NCBI GenBank assembly: GCA_038562375.1
Contig: JBCFAY010000009.1
Location: 7,448 to 71,447, forward strand
From: Bacillota bacterium
GTDB taxonomy: Bacteria; Bacillota; Clostridia; Christensenellales; CAG-138
Length of the DNA stretch: 64,000 nt
Reading direction: 5' to 3'
Under the pieces are notes generated by a model that saw nothing but the letters and a program-made list of their open reading frames with translations, was not told the origin of the DNA and did no database searches. Below are positions 9,221 to 18,290 of this stretch, one piece after another. Numbering within the stretch: the first letter of the stretch is position 1; each line of letters opens with the position of its first letter. The translations under genes and the position numbers were made by a program.

Positions 9221-9647
9221 CGGCCCCAACCTGAACCTGCTCGGCCTAAGGGAGCCCGAGCTCTACGGCGGCAGGGATTACCGGAGCCTCGTATACTATA
9301 TCATGGAGTCGGCGCGGGCCCTCGGCGTTGAAGTGGAATGCTTCCAATCCAACTTTGAGGGCGAAATCGTCACCAAGATCCAGCAATCCTATAGAACCGT
9401 GGACGGGATCATCATCAACGCGGCCGCCTATACCCACACCAGCATCGCGATACTGGACGCGCTCAAGGCGGTGGCGCTACCCGCCGTCGAGGTGCACCTG
9501 ACCGATATCACAAAGCGCGAACCGTTCCGCAACATCTCCTATCCGGGCATGGCGTGCCGCAAAAGCTTTATCGGGCTGGGCTTCGAAGGCTACAGGCTCG
9601 CGCTTGAATACCTCTGCAGCGAGCTCGGCGGAAAACAAACGAAATGA
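9201..9647 (+). CDS. aroQ: Type II 3-dehydroquinate dehydratase
   Basis: [23 protein letters not shown] and [22 protein letters not shown] RBS. The start overlaps the end of the aroE::aroK gene. Confidence 0.93.
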   Translation: [148 protein letters not shown]

Positions 9648-9651
9648 TTAG

Positions 9652-9690
9652 CGGCCCGCGAAATCGCGGGCCGTCGGTCTGTTGTCCCTT
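9652..9690 (+). terminator. Probable intrinsic terminator of the aro operon
   Basis: 9-bp GC stem CGGCCCGCG/CGCGGGCCG with loop AAAT, directly after the aroQ stop. The downstream tract is only moderately T-rich. Confidence 0.55.
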
Positions 9691-9907
9691 CGATAGATCA
9701 CCATACATCTTGAAAAACGATGGCCTGCAATGCGCCGTGGGCCGGAACTGCGCGGCGCAAAACGCAGCCTTGAAGCGCGCTTCGCGCGACCCGTTCCAAA
9801 GGTAAGCCGAACCCCCTGCGGCCGGGTCCCATGCCCGATCAGAGCCGCGGGGAGAAACCCCACAGGCGGCGGAAATCCACATTGCAAATGCCGGCGGGCG
9901 GCCTCCT

Positions 9908-10273
9908 CTATGCCCTTTTGCCGTAAAACGAATACCCCTGCGCTTGAAGCCGCTCCTCCCAGATCATCCTAAGAAGCTCGAGCTCCTCCGAATAATCGGT
10001 TTTGGTTTCATCCTTATCGTCATAGGGAAGCCGCTCGAGAACCTCGATGCAAAACGCTTCCTCGCCCAGCTCGTTCCATGCCTTCTGAAGGCCGCGAAAG
10101 GGGTGCATCCCCCCGCGAAGCCGCACGAGCGCGCCGTTCATAACCCCGCGAAAATCCTGCGTCGCCTGCAGATAACACGCTTTTATCTCGCGCGGATGGA
10201 TCCAGAAAACGCCCATATCGGGCTTCATTTCCTTATACTGTCTCTTCAGTTCCTTTTCGCGTTCGCTCGCCAT
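9908..10273 (-). CDS. Small GIY-YIG-nuclease-family-like protein (~121 aa), catalytic motifs look degenerate
   Basis: ORF 9908..10291. I moved the start to ATG 10273, which has GGGAGG upstream. The layout EKELKRQYKEMKPDMGVFWI...NGALVRL......WNELGEEAFCIEVLE resembles short stand-alone GIY-YIG proteins as I remember them. This is not verified by any search. Confidence 0.5.
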   Translation of the reverse strand: MASEREKELKRQYKEMKPDMGVFWIHPREIKACYLQATQDFRGVMNGALVRLRGGMHPFRGLQKAWNELGEEAFCIEVLERLPYDDKDETKTDYSEELELLRMIWEERLQAQGYSFYGKRA

Positions 10274-10314
10274 ATTGCCTCCCGCCGACAAGATGCCACT
10301 GTCGACGCTGTCTG

Positions 10315-10339
10315 TTTAGTAAATTACTTATTTACTAAA
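10315..10339. promoter_or_regulatory. Perfect inverted repeat (putative operator) at the transcription start of the GIY-YIG-like gene
   Basis: TTTAGTAAAT-tactt-ATTTACTAAA, with 10-bp perfect arms. It lies immediately downstream of the minus-strand -10 element. Confidence 0.45.
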
Positions 10340-10343
10340 TAAA

Positions 10344-10372
10344 AGTATAGCGCATCGCTCCGTTCACGTCAA
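10344..10372 (-). promoter_or_regulatory. Sigma-A type promoter of the GIY-YIG-like gene
   Basis: Minus strand reads TTGACG (10372-10367), a 17-nt spacer, then TATACT (10349-10344). Confidence 0.55.
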
Positions 10373-10656
10373 GTATCGGCGCCGAATGCGGCGCGCCCTG
10401 CATTGCATAGACACCTGCTCACAGGGTTGGAGAAGCGCAAATACGCAATCGCGCTACCACAGGACTTGCTGACGACAGCAAAAGCGGCAAGCACCCTTGC
10501 GTGGATATCGAAAAAGCCGAATTTACGGCATGCCGCCCGTATCGCCTCAGAACTTGCAGCCAAAAAGGGCGCGATTTCATCCGCTTTACTTGCCGTGATC
10601 CGCCAACCGGGATCGGCCGCTCGGCTCCATCCGCCTTAAGAGGAAATCCGTACGCG

Positions 10657-10687
10657 CAAACAAAAACCGCCGACATAACGTCGGCGG
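10657..10687 (-). terminator. Intrinsic terminator of ABC importer operon #1
   Basis: Minus strand reads CCGCCGAC-gttat-GTCGGCGG followed by TTTTTGTTTG, about 105 nt after the ATPase stop. Confidence 0.8.
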
Positions 10688-10792
10688 CCGAGGCTGAAAA
10701 TCCGTCTGAAGTTGTTTCAAACCAGGGGGATACGAACCCCCGCTCTCCATCCGGCAGGATCGGCGAAGCGCATTCCGTCCCTTTCAAAGCGG

Positions 10793-12334
10793 CTACTTCG
10801 CCTCTGCGGCCATGCCCTCGATCTGTTCGTGGTGCATACCGCCCATCATCAGGCCCATCTGCTCGATCGTGACGTCCTGCGGACGCACGGTACCCATGAT
10901 CTTGCCCTCGTACATCACGCAGATGCGATCGCTCAGCTTCATGATCTCGTCGAGCTCGGTGGAAACGAGCAATATCGCGGTGCCGTTGTCGCGCTCCTCG
11001 ATGATCTTCTTATGGATATACTCGATCGCGCCCACGTCCACGCCGCGCGTGGGGTGCATGGCGATCAAAAGCGTCGGTTTGCGGCTCATCTCTCGCGCCA
11101 TGATCAGCTTTTGCTGGTTGCCCCCCGAAAGGTTCTGCGCAAGCTCAAAGCGGCTCGGCGTCCTTACGTCGAACTCCTTGATGAGCTTGTCTGTATACTC
11201 GTTGATGTGCTTCCAGTCCAAAAACGCGCCTTTGCCAAACTCGGGCTTATAGTAATCCTGCAGGATCATATTCTCGGCGAGGTTCATCGTGAGCACCAGG
11301 CCGATTCCCTGCCGGTCCTGCGGCACATGCGAAACGTCCTGCGCCATGATGGTGCGCGTACAGCAGTTGGCCAGATCCTTGCCGCAGTAATCGATGCTGC
11401 CGCCGGTGCACTGCCTAAGGTGCGTAAGCACGTCGACGAGCTCAGACTGGCCGTTGCCGTCCACGCCCGCGATGCCGACGATCTCACCCGCGCGCACCTC
11501 GAAAGTCACGTCGTCGAGCAAGGGGGAACCGCCCTTGCGCGTCAGGCCCAGATGCTCCACGCACAGCACGCGCTTGCCGGGTTCGGTGTTCGCCTTATTG
11601 ACGGTGAAATCCACCTCGCGCCCGACCATCAGCTTTGCAAGGTCGGAGATCGAATAATCCGCGTTCTTGATCGTCGTGATCACGCGTCCCTGGCGCAATA
11701 CGGTGATACGGTCGCTGATCTGCTTGACCTCGTTGAGCTTGTGACTGATAAAGAGCACCGTATAGCCGCTTTGGGTCAGCCCGCGGATCATGTTGAACAG
11801 CTCTTCGGTCTCCTGCGGCGTCAGCACTGCCGTCGGTTCGTCGAGTATCAGCAATCGTGCGCCGCGCATGAGAGCCTTGATAATCTCCGCCCTCTGGCGC
11901 TCGCCCACGGAAAGATCGCCGATCTTGGCCATCGGGTCGAGGCTCATGTGATATTTTTGTGCAAGATCGCGGATCATCGCCGCAGCGCCCTTGATATCGA
12001 GCTTGAGCGCATTGTTCGCCTTTGCGCCGATGAGGCAGTTTTCTACGACGGAAAGCGTCGGAATCAGCATGAAGTGCTGGTGCACCATGCCGATGCCGAG
12101 GTTCATCGCGTCCTTGGCGGAAGAAAAGCGCACTTTTTTTCCGTCGAAATAGATCTCGCCGGATGTCGGGCGGTACAGCCCGCACAGGACGTTCATCAGC
12201 GTCGATTTGCCCGCGCCGTTCTCGCCCAGGAGCGTATGCACCTCGCCTTGCTCCACCGTGAGGTTTACATCATCGTTCGCAAGCACGCCGGGAAATTGCT
12301 TGCAGATGTTCTTCATTTCCAATATCGTCGCCAT
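10793..12334 (-). CDS. ABC transporter ATP-binding protein with duplicated ATPase domains (BMP/nucleoside-sugar type), importer #1
   Basis: Walker A GENGAGKST and signature sequences LSVGERQRAEI and LSGGNQQK. 513 aa. Confidence 0.9.
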   Translation of the reverse strand: MATILEMKNICKQFPGVLANDDVNLTVEQGEVHTLLGENGAGKSTLMNVLCGLYRPTSGEIYFDGKKVRFSSAKDAMNLGIGMVHQHFMLIPTLSVVENCLIGAKANNALKLDIKGAAAMIRDLAQKYHMSLDPMAKIGDLSVGERQRAEIIKALMRGARLLILDEPTAVLTPQETEELFNMIRGLTQSGYTVLFISHKLNEVKQISDRITVLRQGRVITTIKNADYSISDLAKLMVGREVDFTVNKANTEPGKRVLCVEHLGLTRKGGSPLLDDVTFEVRAGEIVGIAGVDGNGQSELVDVLTHLRQCTGGSIDYCGKDLANCCTRTIMAQDVSHVPQDRQGIGLVLTMNLAENMILQDYYKPEFGKGAFLDWKHINEYTDKLIKEFDVRTPSRFELAQNLSGGNQQKLIMAREMSRKPTLLIAMHPTRGVDVGAIEYIHKKIIEERDNGTAILLVSTELDEIMKLSDRICVMYEGKIMGTVRPQDVTIEQMGLMMGGMHHEQIEGMAAEAK

Positions 12335-12343
12335 GTTTCCCCC

Positions 12344-13270
12344 TTAGCCCTTCTTGTAAGGCTTGCCGGCGGCCGCCGGCCCCACGGCCTTGCCCGCGAA
12401 CCCGGCCAGCGCCACGATCGTGAGCAGGTATGGGATCATTACAAGGAAATTGTACGGGATCGCGGAACCGAGCGCCTGCAGGGAGTTTGCCCCAACGGTA
12501 CCCAGGGCGAACAGCATCGCCGCGATCATCACGCCCATCGGCTTATAGCGCCCGAAGATGACGGCGGCCAGCGCGATAAAGCCGCGCCCCGCGACCATCT
12601 CCTCCGAGAAGAAGCGCAAAAGGCCTGTCGAGAGGAACGCGCCGCCCGCGGCGATGATCATCCCGCCCACGACGGACGCGTAATAGCGCACGCGATAGAC
12701 GTGCACGCCGAGCGTATCCGCAGCCTTCGGGTTCTCGCCCACCGAGCGCAGGTTGAGGCCCGCAGGCGTCTTGAACAGGAAGTACGACATCGCCGGGACG
12801 AGCAAAAACGCGAGATACACGATCGGCATATGCGAGAAGAACGCGGTTCCCAGAGCCGGAACATCCGAAAGCAGAGGGATCCTTAAATCGCTGAAGCCGG
12901 AGACCGTGATAACGTCCGTGCTCAGCCCGAAAATGATCCGGTAGAGCATCGCGCTCATGCCGGAGCCGAGGATGTTGAACGCCGCGCCCACCACGATCTG
13001 GTTGGAGCGCACCGTCACCGTCAAAAGCGCGAATAAAAGCCCCATCAGCGCGCCCGAAAGCATCGCCACCAGCATGCCGAGCCACACGCTTTTGAAGAAA
13101 TACGTGCCCGCCACCGCGACGAGCGTCGCGATCAGCATGATGCCTTCCGCACCGATATTGATAAGCCCGCTGCGGTTCATCAGCAGCAGCCCCAGCGCCG
13201 CAAGCAGGATGGGCGTCGCAATGCGCAGATCCGCCGCAACGTACTCGCCCAAGGACAATAAGAATTCCAT
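12344..13270 (-). CDS. ABC transporter permease, importer #1
   Basis: 308-aa polytopic hydrophobic protein in an operon with the ATPase and the BMP binding protein. Confidence 0.85.
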   Translation of the reverse strand: MEFLLSLGEYVAADLRIATPILLAALGLLLMNRSGLINIGAEGIMLIATLVAVAGTYFFKSVWLGMLVAMLSGALMGLLFALLTVTVRSNQIVVGAAFNILGSGMSAMLYRIIFGLSTDVITVSGFSDLRIPLLSDVPALGTAFFSHMPIVYLAFLLVPAMSYFLFKTPAGLNLRSVGENPKAADTLGVHVYRVRYYASVVGGMIIAAGGAFLSTGLLRFFSEEMVAGRGFIALAAVIFGRYKPMGVMIAAMLFALGTVGANSLQALGSAIPYNFLVMIPYLLTIVALAGFAGKAVGPAAAGKPYKKG

Positions 13271-13273
13271 CGC

Positions 13274-14368
13274 TTATCCCTCCTGCGCCACACCCGATGT
13301 CTGCGGGCGTTTTTTCTTAAAGGAAAAATCCATAAAATAATTGCTTCCCACCACCATGAGAATTACCACCGCTTGAATAACGGAGATAATGATCGCGGGT
13401 ACGCCGGTAGTCATCTGCATCATATTGCCGCCCGCGCGGAGTATGCCGAAAAGTATGGCGCCCGCTACGATGCCGAGCGGCGTGTTCGCGCCGATGAGCG
13501 CGACGGCAATGCCGTCAAACCCGTAGCCCGGAGAGATCTTCGGCGTGAGGCGGCCCTGGATGCCCAGCATTTCGTTCGCGCCCGCAAGCCCGGAAAGTCC
13601 GCCTGCCAGCAGCATGATGATCAGGATATTCCGGTCGGTATTGACGCCCGAATACAGCGCGGCGCGCTGGTTCTGACCGGAAATACGCACCTCGTAGCCC
13701 TTTTTGCTCTTCCATAGGAAGATGTAGAACAGAACGATGAACGCCAGCGCGATAAGGATCCCCAGATGCGCGCGCGTCCCCTCGATGATCTTGGGGAGCC
13801 TCGCCGTGTCGAGGATCGGCAGACTCTGGGACATCTGCCCCGGAGGTTCCGCGATCGGGCCGTTGACCATATAGGTGATGAGATTGATCGCGATGGTGTT
13901 GAGCATAACCGTGGTGATGATTTCGCTCGCGCCGCTTTTTACCTTGAGTATGCCCACGATCCAGCCGTATACCGCCCCGCCTGCAAAGCCGCAGATTAGG
14001 CTCAGCGGCAGATGCAAAAACGTCGGCAGCCCGGTGATGTAGATGCCCGCGAGCGTTGCGGAGAGGGCGCCGATATAAAGCTGACCTTCCATACCGATGT
14101 TGGTCAGGCCGCAGCGGTTCGCAAGCGCGTAGCTCATGCCCGTAAACAGCAGCGGAGTCATCTTGACCGCCGATTCGGCGAGGGAGTTTTTGTTCCCCAG
14201 CGCGCCGATAAACAGATTCTTGATCGCAAAAATCGGATCAACCTTCATCAGCGCGATTACGACCATCCCCACCGCGAGGGCAACAAGCACGGCAAGAATG
14301 GAAACAGTCCCCTGCCGCATCGCTGCTTTGATGTTGTTTTTTAGCTTGATATTGTCTATCCCCTGCAT
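13274..14368 (-). CDS. ABC transporter permease, importer #1
   Basis: ORF 13274..14464. I moved the start to ATG 14368 (MQGIDNIKLK...), which has GGAGG 5 nt upstream. Polytopic membrane protein. Confidence 0.85.
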   Translation of the reverse strand: MQGIDNIKLKNNIKAAMRQGTVSILAVLVALAVGMVVIALMKVDPIFAIKNLFIGALGNKNSLAESAVKMTPLLFTGMSYALANRCGLTNIGMEGQLYIGALSATLAGIYITGLPTFLHLPLSLICGFAGGAVYGWIVGILKVKSGASEIITTVMLNTIAINLITYMVNGPIAEPPGQMSQSLPILDTARLPKIIEGTRAHLGILIALAFIVLFYIFLWKSKKGYEVRISGQNQRAALYSGVNTDRNILIIMLLAGGLSGLAGANEMLGIQGRLTPKISPGYGFDGIAVALIGANTPLGIVAGAILFGILRAGGNMMQMTTGVPAIIISVIQAVVILMVVGSNYFMDFSFKKKRPQTSGVAQEG

Positions 14369-14501
14369 CTTTGCCTCCGGCGCGCGGCGGGCCGCGCGGT
14401 ACAAGAATTGTCGAAGAGCCATTCGCCGCGCCCTCAAAGCGCTTCTGCTCCCGAGCAGCGGCAAATGGCTCCTCCGTGCTAATTATCGGCAGTTTCCGGC
14501 A

Positions 14502-15560
14502 TTATCTTTCGACCGTAACCTTGCCATCCTTGAAATCCTGGAACATCTTTTCGATCTTCTGGATGCTCTCGGCGGGCAGCTTCTGGTCCCAGCCGTGCCA
14601 ATCCGAGAGGATCGTGCCGCCCTGGGCGATGCCGTACGGGTAGAGGCTGGCTTCAAACGTGCCGTTGACGATCTTCTGGAACACGTCGTCATACATGACG
14701 TTGAAGTTGCGCAGGATGCTCACAACAACCGCATCCTGAGCGACGTTATACTGGTCGGAGTTGAAACCGAGCGCATAGATGCCGGCTTCCTGCGCCGCCT
14801 GGATCACGCCCATGCCGGCCGCGTTGGCGCAGCCCACGATGACGTCCGCGCCGTGCTCGGAGATAACGGTCTTGGCCATTTCCTTGGCCTTGTCCGCATC
14901 GGTCAGCGTGCCGATGTAGCCGGTGTAGACCTTGATGTCGGGGTTGATGTACTTCGCGCCGGCCTCGAACAGATCGACGCTCGCCTTGATGGACGGGCTC
15001 TCTTCACCGCCGAGCATCGCGACGCTGCCCTTGGTGGAAACCGCAGCCGCTACCGCGCCCGCGAGGAAGCCGGTCTCGATCGGGCCTACGCACGCGACGT
15101 TGGGGGCCTGGGACTTGTCTTCATCGCCGTAGCTGATGAGGAACTTGGTATCCGGGAATTCCGGAGCGACTTTCAGAATATAGTCGATGTACTGGGAACC
15201 GTGGCAAACGACGATCTGGAAGCCCTGGGTGGCATAGCCGCGCAGGAACTCTTCGATATCCGAAGCCGCGATGTTCTCGGTGTAGGCGGTCTGTACGCCG
15301 TACTTGGTCTTGAGGTTCTCCACGGCGTTGTAGCCGGCCGAGTTCCAGCCGTTGTCGTTGATCGTGCCCGGGAGCAGCAGCGCGACCTTGTACTGGGAGT
15401 AGTCGACCGGGGTCGCCTCAGGGGCGGCGGTCGGCTCCGGCGCGGCCGGGGTCTGCTCGGTCTGAGGGGCCTCTGTCGCCTCGGGGGCGGGAGCGGCGCT
15501 GCAGCCGAATGCTGCGAGCAGCATTACAACGGCCAATAGGGATACCAGCAGTTTCTTCAT
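14502..15560 (-). CDS. BMP-family (PnrA/Med-like) ABC substrate-binding lipoprotein, importer #1
   Basis: Signal peptide with lipobox AAFGC, a Pro/Glu/Thr-rich linker, and the BMP signature VALLLPGTINDNGWN. Confidence 0.88.
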   Translation of the reverse strand: MKKLLVSLLAVVMLLAAFGCSAAPAPEATEAPQTEQTPAAPEPTAAPEATPVDYSQYKVALLLPGTINDNGWNSAGYNAVENLKTKYGVQTAYTENIAASDIEEFLRGYATQGFQIVVCHGSQYIDYILKVAPEFPDTKFLISYGDEDKSQAPNVACVGPIETGFLAGAVAAAVSTKGSVAMLGGEESPSIKASVDLFEAGAKYINPDIKVYTGYIGTLTDADKAKEMAKTVISEHGADVIVGCANAAGMGVIQAAQEAGIYALGFNSDQYNVAQDAVVVSILRNFNVMYDDVFQKIVNGTFEASLYPYGIAQGGTILSDWHGWDQKLPAESIQKIEKMFQDFKDGKVTVER

Positions 15561-15802
15561 TTTTTCTCCTCCTGATTCAATATGCTAGCCTTTTCCGCCT
15601 ATGGATCGGCAGGCTCTTCCCTAAAGCGCGGCGGCGTACCCTAAGGATTCCTTGTCCGACCGCCAAAGCCTATTATTCCCATACAATCATGAAAAGAACG
15701 ATAGGCGATGGTTCTATCCGCAAATCTTTCATCAGACGATGCTATTCCACCTCGCGGCGCACTTTGTGTCAATGTAGGAAAACAGATAATATTGCTTCAC
15801 AG

Positions 15803-15816
15803 GGTCTGTCTAGGTC
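15803..15816. promoter_or_regulatory. Candidate GntR/HutC-type operator at the start site of the importer #1 promoter
   Basis: GGTCTGTCTAGGTC (minus strand GACCTAGACAGACC) contains a CTAGAC core like the GGTCTAGACC-type boxes of the HutC subfamily. It directly abuts the -10 element. Confidence 0.35.
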
Positions 15817-15845
15817 ATTATAAGACTATAAGATATGAAACGCAA
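15817..15845 (-). promoter_or_regulatory. Sigma-A type promoter of importer #1, with a ~250 nt untranslated leader
   Basis: Minus strand reads TTGCGT (15845-15840), a 17-nt spacer, then TATAAT (15822-15817). Confidence 0.5.
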
Positions 15846-16234
15846 GCTAAAAATTTTTTTGATCTGACGAATTATCTGGAAATTCCGGTAAATTCCCTAA
15901 ATCGGCAAACGCGCATACGATTCCGAAAAATACGGCAGATCCTGTGCGTGCGCCGACGTTTTCAGCCCGTACGAAAAAATTGAACCAGCAGCAAAATCCT
16001 GTGTCGATGGTTCAACGATCAACGTCCGAATTGCCCGGCGTCGCGCCGCATCTTTGGGCCGTGGATAGTGGATAAAGGATCGATTTCGATTCCTTTTGGA
16101 AAACCGCGCCGCTCTGCGCCCTTTGGTTACAGGCCGCCTTTGTCGAGTGAGATCCCATAGCACTCAAAAAGCACAGCGATTTACAGCCATCAAAAGTGCG
16201 GCGATTTTTAAAAGTGCAGCTTCCTTTCGGCAAG

Positions 16235-16264
16235 CAAAAAGCCCGGCCGATGGCCGGGCTTTGC
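16235..16264. terminator. Intrinsic terminator downstream of the GntR gene (A-run and T-run flanked, potentially bidirectional)
   Basis: GCCCGGCC-gat-GGCCGGGC flanked by AAAAA and TTTG. It lies 40 nt after the GntR stop on the minus strand. Confidence 0.75.
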
Positions 16265-16303
16265 ATTCTTCCTGTCGCCCGCATCGGGGCGAATATGCGA
16301 ACG

Positions 16304-17035
16304 CTACACGGGCTGATTCAGATCCCAGTTTTGCAGGGTACGGATCGAATAATAGTCCGGATGAAAATACTGGTAGGAGAACAGCAGGGGCTCGTCATGA
16401 ATATCGTGGAACACCTGTTCGCCGTAGATGATCGGCGTGCCCGGCGCGATTTTCAGGTATCCTGCGATTTCCTCATCCGCGCAGACGGGCCGGTATTCGT
16501 TGAGCGCGTGCGCCACTTCCCGGCGGCAGAAGCTCCATAAAAGCTCATGCACGAGTTCAAATGTCATGTTCTCGACGTCCTCGCGCACCAAAAGCTCTAC
16601 GGGAATATGCCCGCGGCTGTAAACGGCGGGATGATCGTCCGCAGTATAGAGAATCCTGTTGTAGAGGACGGAAGCGCCCTTGGGAAGGCCGAGCATATTT
16701 GAAATCTTCTCGTCGGCGGGAATATACTCTTGCGAGAGCAGCTTGTGGCTCGGCGTCAGCCCCTGGCGGCGGAAGTTCTCAAAGAAATAGAAGCTCCGGT
16801 TCTCATAATCGAGCGCGCTTTTGTGCACGTAATTGCCCGATCCGTGGCGCTTGGTGATATACCCCTCCAGCGCGAGCATCAAAAGCGACTCGCGGAGCGT
16901 AACCAGGCTGATGCCAAGGCGCTTTGCCAATACCGGCTCGGACGGAAGCTTATTCTTCTCGAAAGTTTCGGTCTTAAACGTCTGGATCAGCTTGCTTTTG
17001 ATCGCCATGTAGGTGCTGAAATTTGTTCTGCTCAT
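16304..17035 (-). CDS. GntR-family transcriptional regulator, HutC/UTRA subfamily
   Basis: Winged HTH KLPSEPVLAKRLGISLVTLRESLLMLALEGYITKRHGSGNYV plus a ~160-aa C-terminal effector (UTRA-like) domain. Confidence 0.85.
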   Translation of the reverse strand: MSRTNFSTYMAIKSKLIQTFKTETFEKNKLPSEPVLAKRLGISLVTLRESLLMLALEGYITKRHGSGNYVHKSALDYENRSFYFFENFRRQGLTPSHKLLSQEYIPADEKISNMLGLPKGASVLYNRILYTADDHPAVYSRGHIPVELLVREDVENMTFELVHELLWSFCRREVAHALNEYRPVCADEEIAGYLKIAPGTPIIYGEQVFHDIHDEPLLFSYQYFHPDYYSIRTLQNWDLNQPV

Positions 17036-17063
17036 GCATTCTCCGTTCGGCGTGATATCATAA

Positions 17064-17088
17064 ATCTATATAAGTTGATCTATAGTTT
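17064..17088. promoter_or_regulatory. Direct repeat ATCTATA(N7)ATCTATA upstream of the GntR gene (possible autoregulatory site)
   Basis: ATCTATATAAG at 17064-17074 and ATCTATAGTTT at 17078-17088. A related ATCTTATAGT lies in the spacer of the importer #1 promoter. Confidence 0.3.
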
Positions 17089-17322
17089 AGTATATAAACA
17101 ACTTTTCATAAATGCAATGCCTGATACGGGTCAGAAAAAACTTTTCAGGTAAAATGCACATTTTTGCCGCCGATTGTATGCCGCCGTTCCCCTGCCCGGA
17201 TATCTTAACATCCCGAATGGGGGCCAGCCCTTTGGCAGCGCCATGGGTTGCTCTTTGTTTTTCCTTTCCCGATCGAGCATAATGTTTTATAATAATGATG
17301 AATATGTGCGGGGGGGGTATTC

Positions 17323-18240
17323 ATGGGGTATTGTCTGAAGGATTGCCTGGTGATCGGCGTATCGTCCCGCGCGCTCTTCGATCTAAGCTTCGAAAACGGC
17401 ATCTTCGAAACAGAGGGCCTTCTCCCCTATAAGCGCTACCAGATCGAACACGAGAACGATGTTTTAAAACCCGGCCCCGGCTTTGCGATCGTGAAATCCC
17501 TGCTCAACCTGAACGGGCCGGGCGAAAGAAAGCGCGTCGAGGTGCTCATCATGTCGCGCAACAGCGCGGATACGAGCCTTCGTATCTTCAATTCCATCGA
17601 GCATTATGGGCTTAACATCACGCGCGCCGTGCTCTCGGGCGGGGCCGCGCTCGCGCCGTATCTGAGCGCGTTCGGGGCGGATCTGTTCCTCTCCGCCTAT
17701 CCCGACGACGTGCAGAAAGCCATCGACTCGAACATCGCGGCGGGCATCCTCTGCACCGACGGCATACCGGCGTATCCCGAGCGCGATATCGACGAACTGC
17801 GCATTGCGTTCGACGGCGACGCGGTCCTGTTCTCCGACGAGTCCGAGCGCATCTTTAAGGAGCAGGGGCTCGAGGCCTTCGAGCACAACGAGCGCTGCAA
17901 CGCCGACAACCCCTTGCCCGAAGGGCCGTTCGCAAGGTTTTTAAAGACGCTTGCGAACATCCAGAAAGAGTTTGAGGGAACGGATCGCAAACCCATCCGT
18001 ACCGCATTGGTCACCGCGCGCCATGCGCCCGCGCACGAGCGCGTCGTGCGCACGCTGCGCGCCTGGGACGTGCGCGTCGACGAATCGTTCTTCCTGGGCG
18101 GGATCGACAAAAAAGAAGTGCTCGCCGCGTTCGGCGCGCACATCTTCTTCGACGATCAGGCTACGCATACCGAATCCGCCTCCAAGGTAGTTCCGGCCGC
18201 GCGCGTCCCCATAAAAACGAACCGCTGCAGACAAGAATAA
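17323..18240 (+). CDS. 5'-nucleotidase (bacterial homolog of the cytosolic 5'-nucleotidase family)
   Basis: The N-terminus CLVIGVSSRALFDLSFENGIFETEGLLPYKRYQIEHENDVLKPGPGFAIVKSLLNLN matches my memory of this family. Not verified by HMM. Confidence 0.72.
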   Translation: MGYCLKDCLVIGVSSRALFDLSFENGIFETEGLLPYKRYQIEHENDVLKPGPGFAIVKSLLNLNGPGERKRVEVLIMSRNSADTSLRIFNSIEHYGLNITRAVLSGGAALAPYLSAFGADLFLSAYPDDVQKAIDSNIAAGILCTDGIPAYPERDIDELRIAFDGDAVLFSDESERIFKEQGLEAFEHNERCNADNPLPEGPFARFLKTLANIQKEFEGTDRKPIRTALVTARHAPAHERVVRTLRAWDVRVDESFFLGGIDKKEVLAAFGAHIFFDDQATHTESASKVVPAARVPIKTNRCRQE

Positions 18241-18253
18241 CGCAATCGAAACG

Positions 18254-18285
18254 GCCGCACGGATCCGTGCAGCGGCTTTGTTTTC
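18254..18285 (+). terminator. Intrinsic terminator after the 5'-nucleotidase gene
   Basis: GCCGCACGG-atc-CGTGC(A)GCGGC hairpin followed by TTTGTTTT. Confidence 0.75.
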
Positions 18286-18290
18286 GCGCT

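Noticed and set aside
10725-10741. GGGGG-TTCGTAT-CCCCC (minus strand), which looks like a tRNA/tmRNA T-arm
   Set aside because: I found no matching acceptor stem (the 5' partner of TGGTTTG is absent), no D-arm or anticodon arm at the right distances, and no CCA context. It lies in the 3' UTR between the ATPase stop and its terminator.
10712-12886. 724-aa plus-strand ORF overlapping the importer #1 ATPase and permease
   Set aside because: This is a typical long antisense ORF of high-GC coding DNA. Its composition is Arg/His/Ala/Asp-rich and it has no RBS, while the minus strand carries clear Walker and signature motifs.
15561-15816. Purine, 2'-dG, ykkC-subtype (PRPP/ppGpp/guanidine) or ZTP riboswitch in the long leader of importer #1
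   Set aside because: Partial resemblances such as CTTAGGGTACG and GGTCGGACAAGG occur in the wrong order for ykkC. No UUUCUACC/CCGUAAA purine-riboswitch junctions are present.
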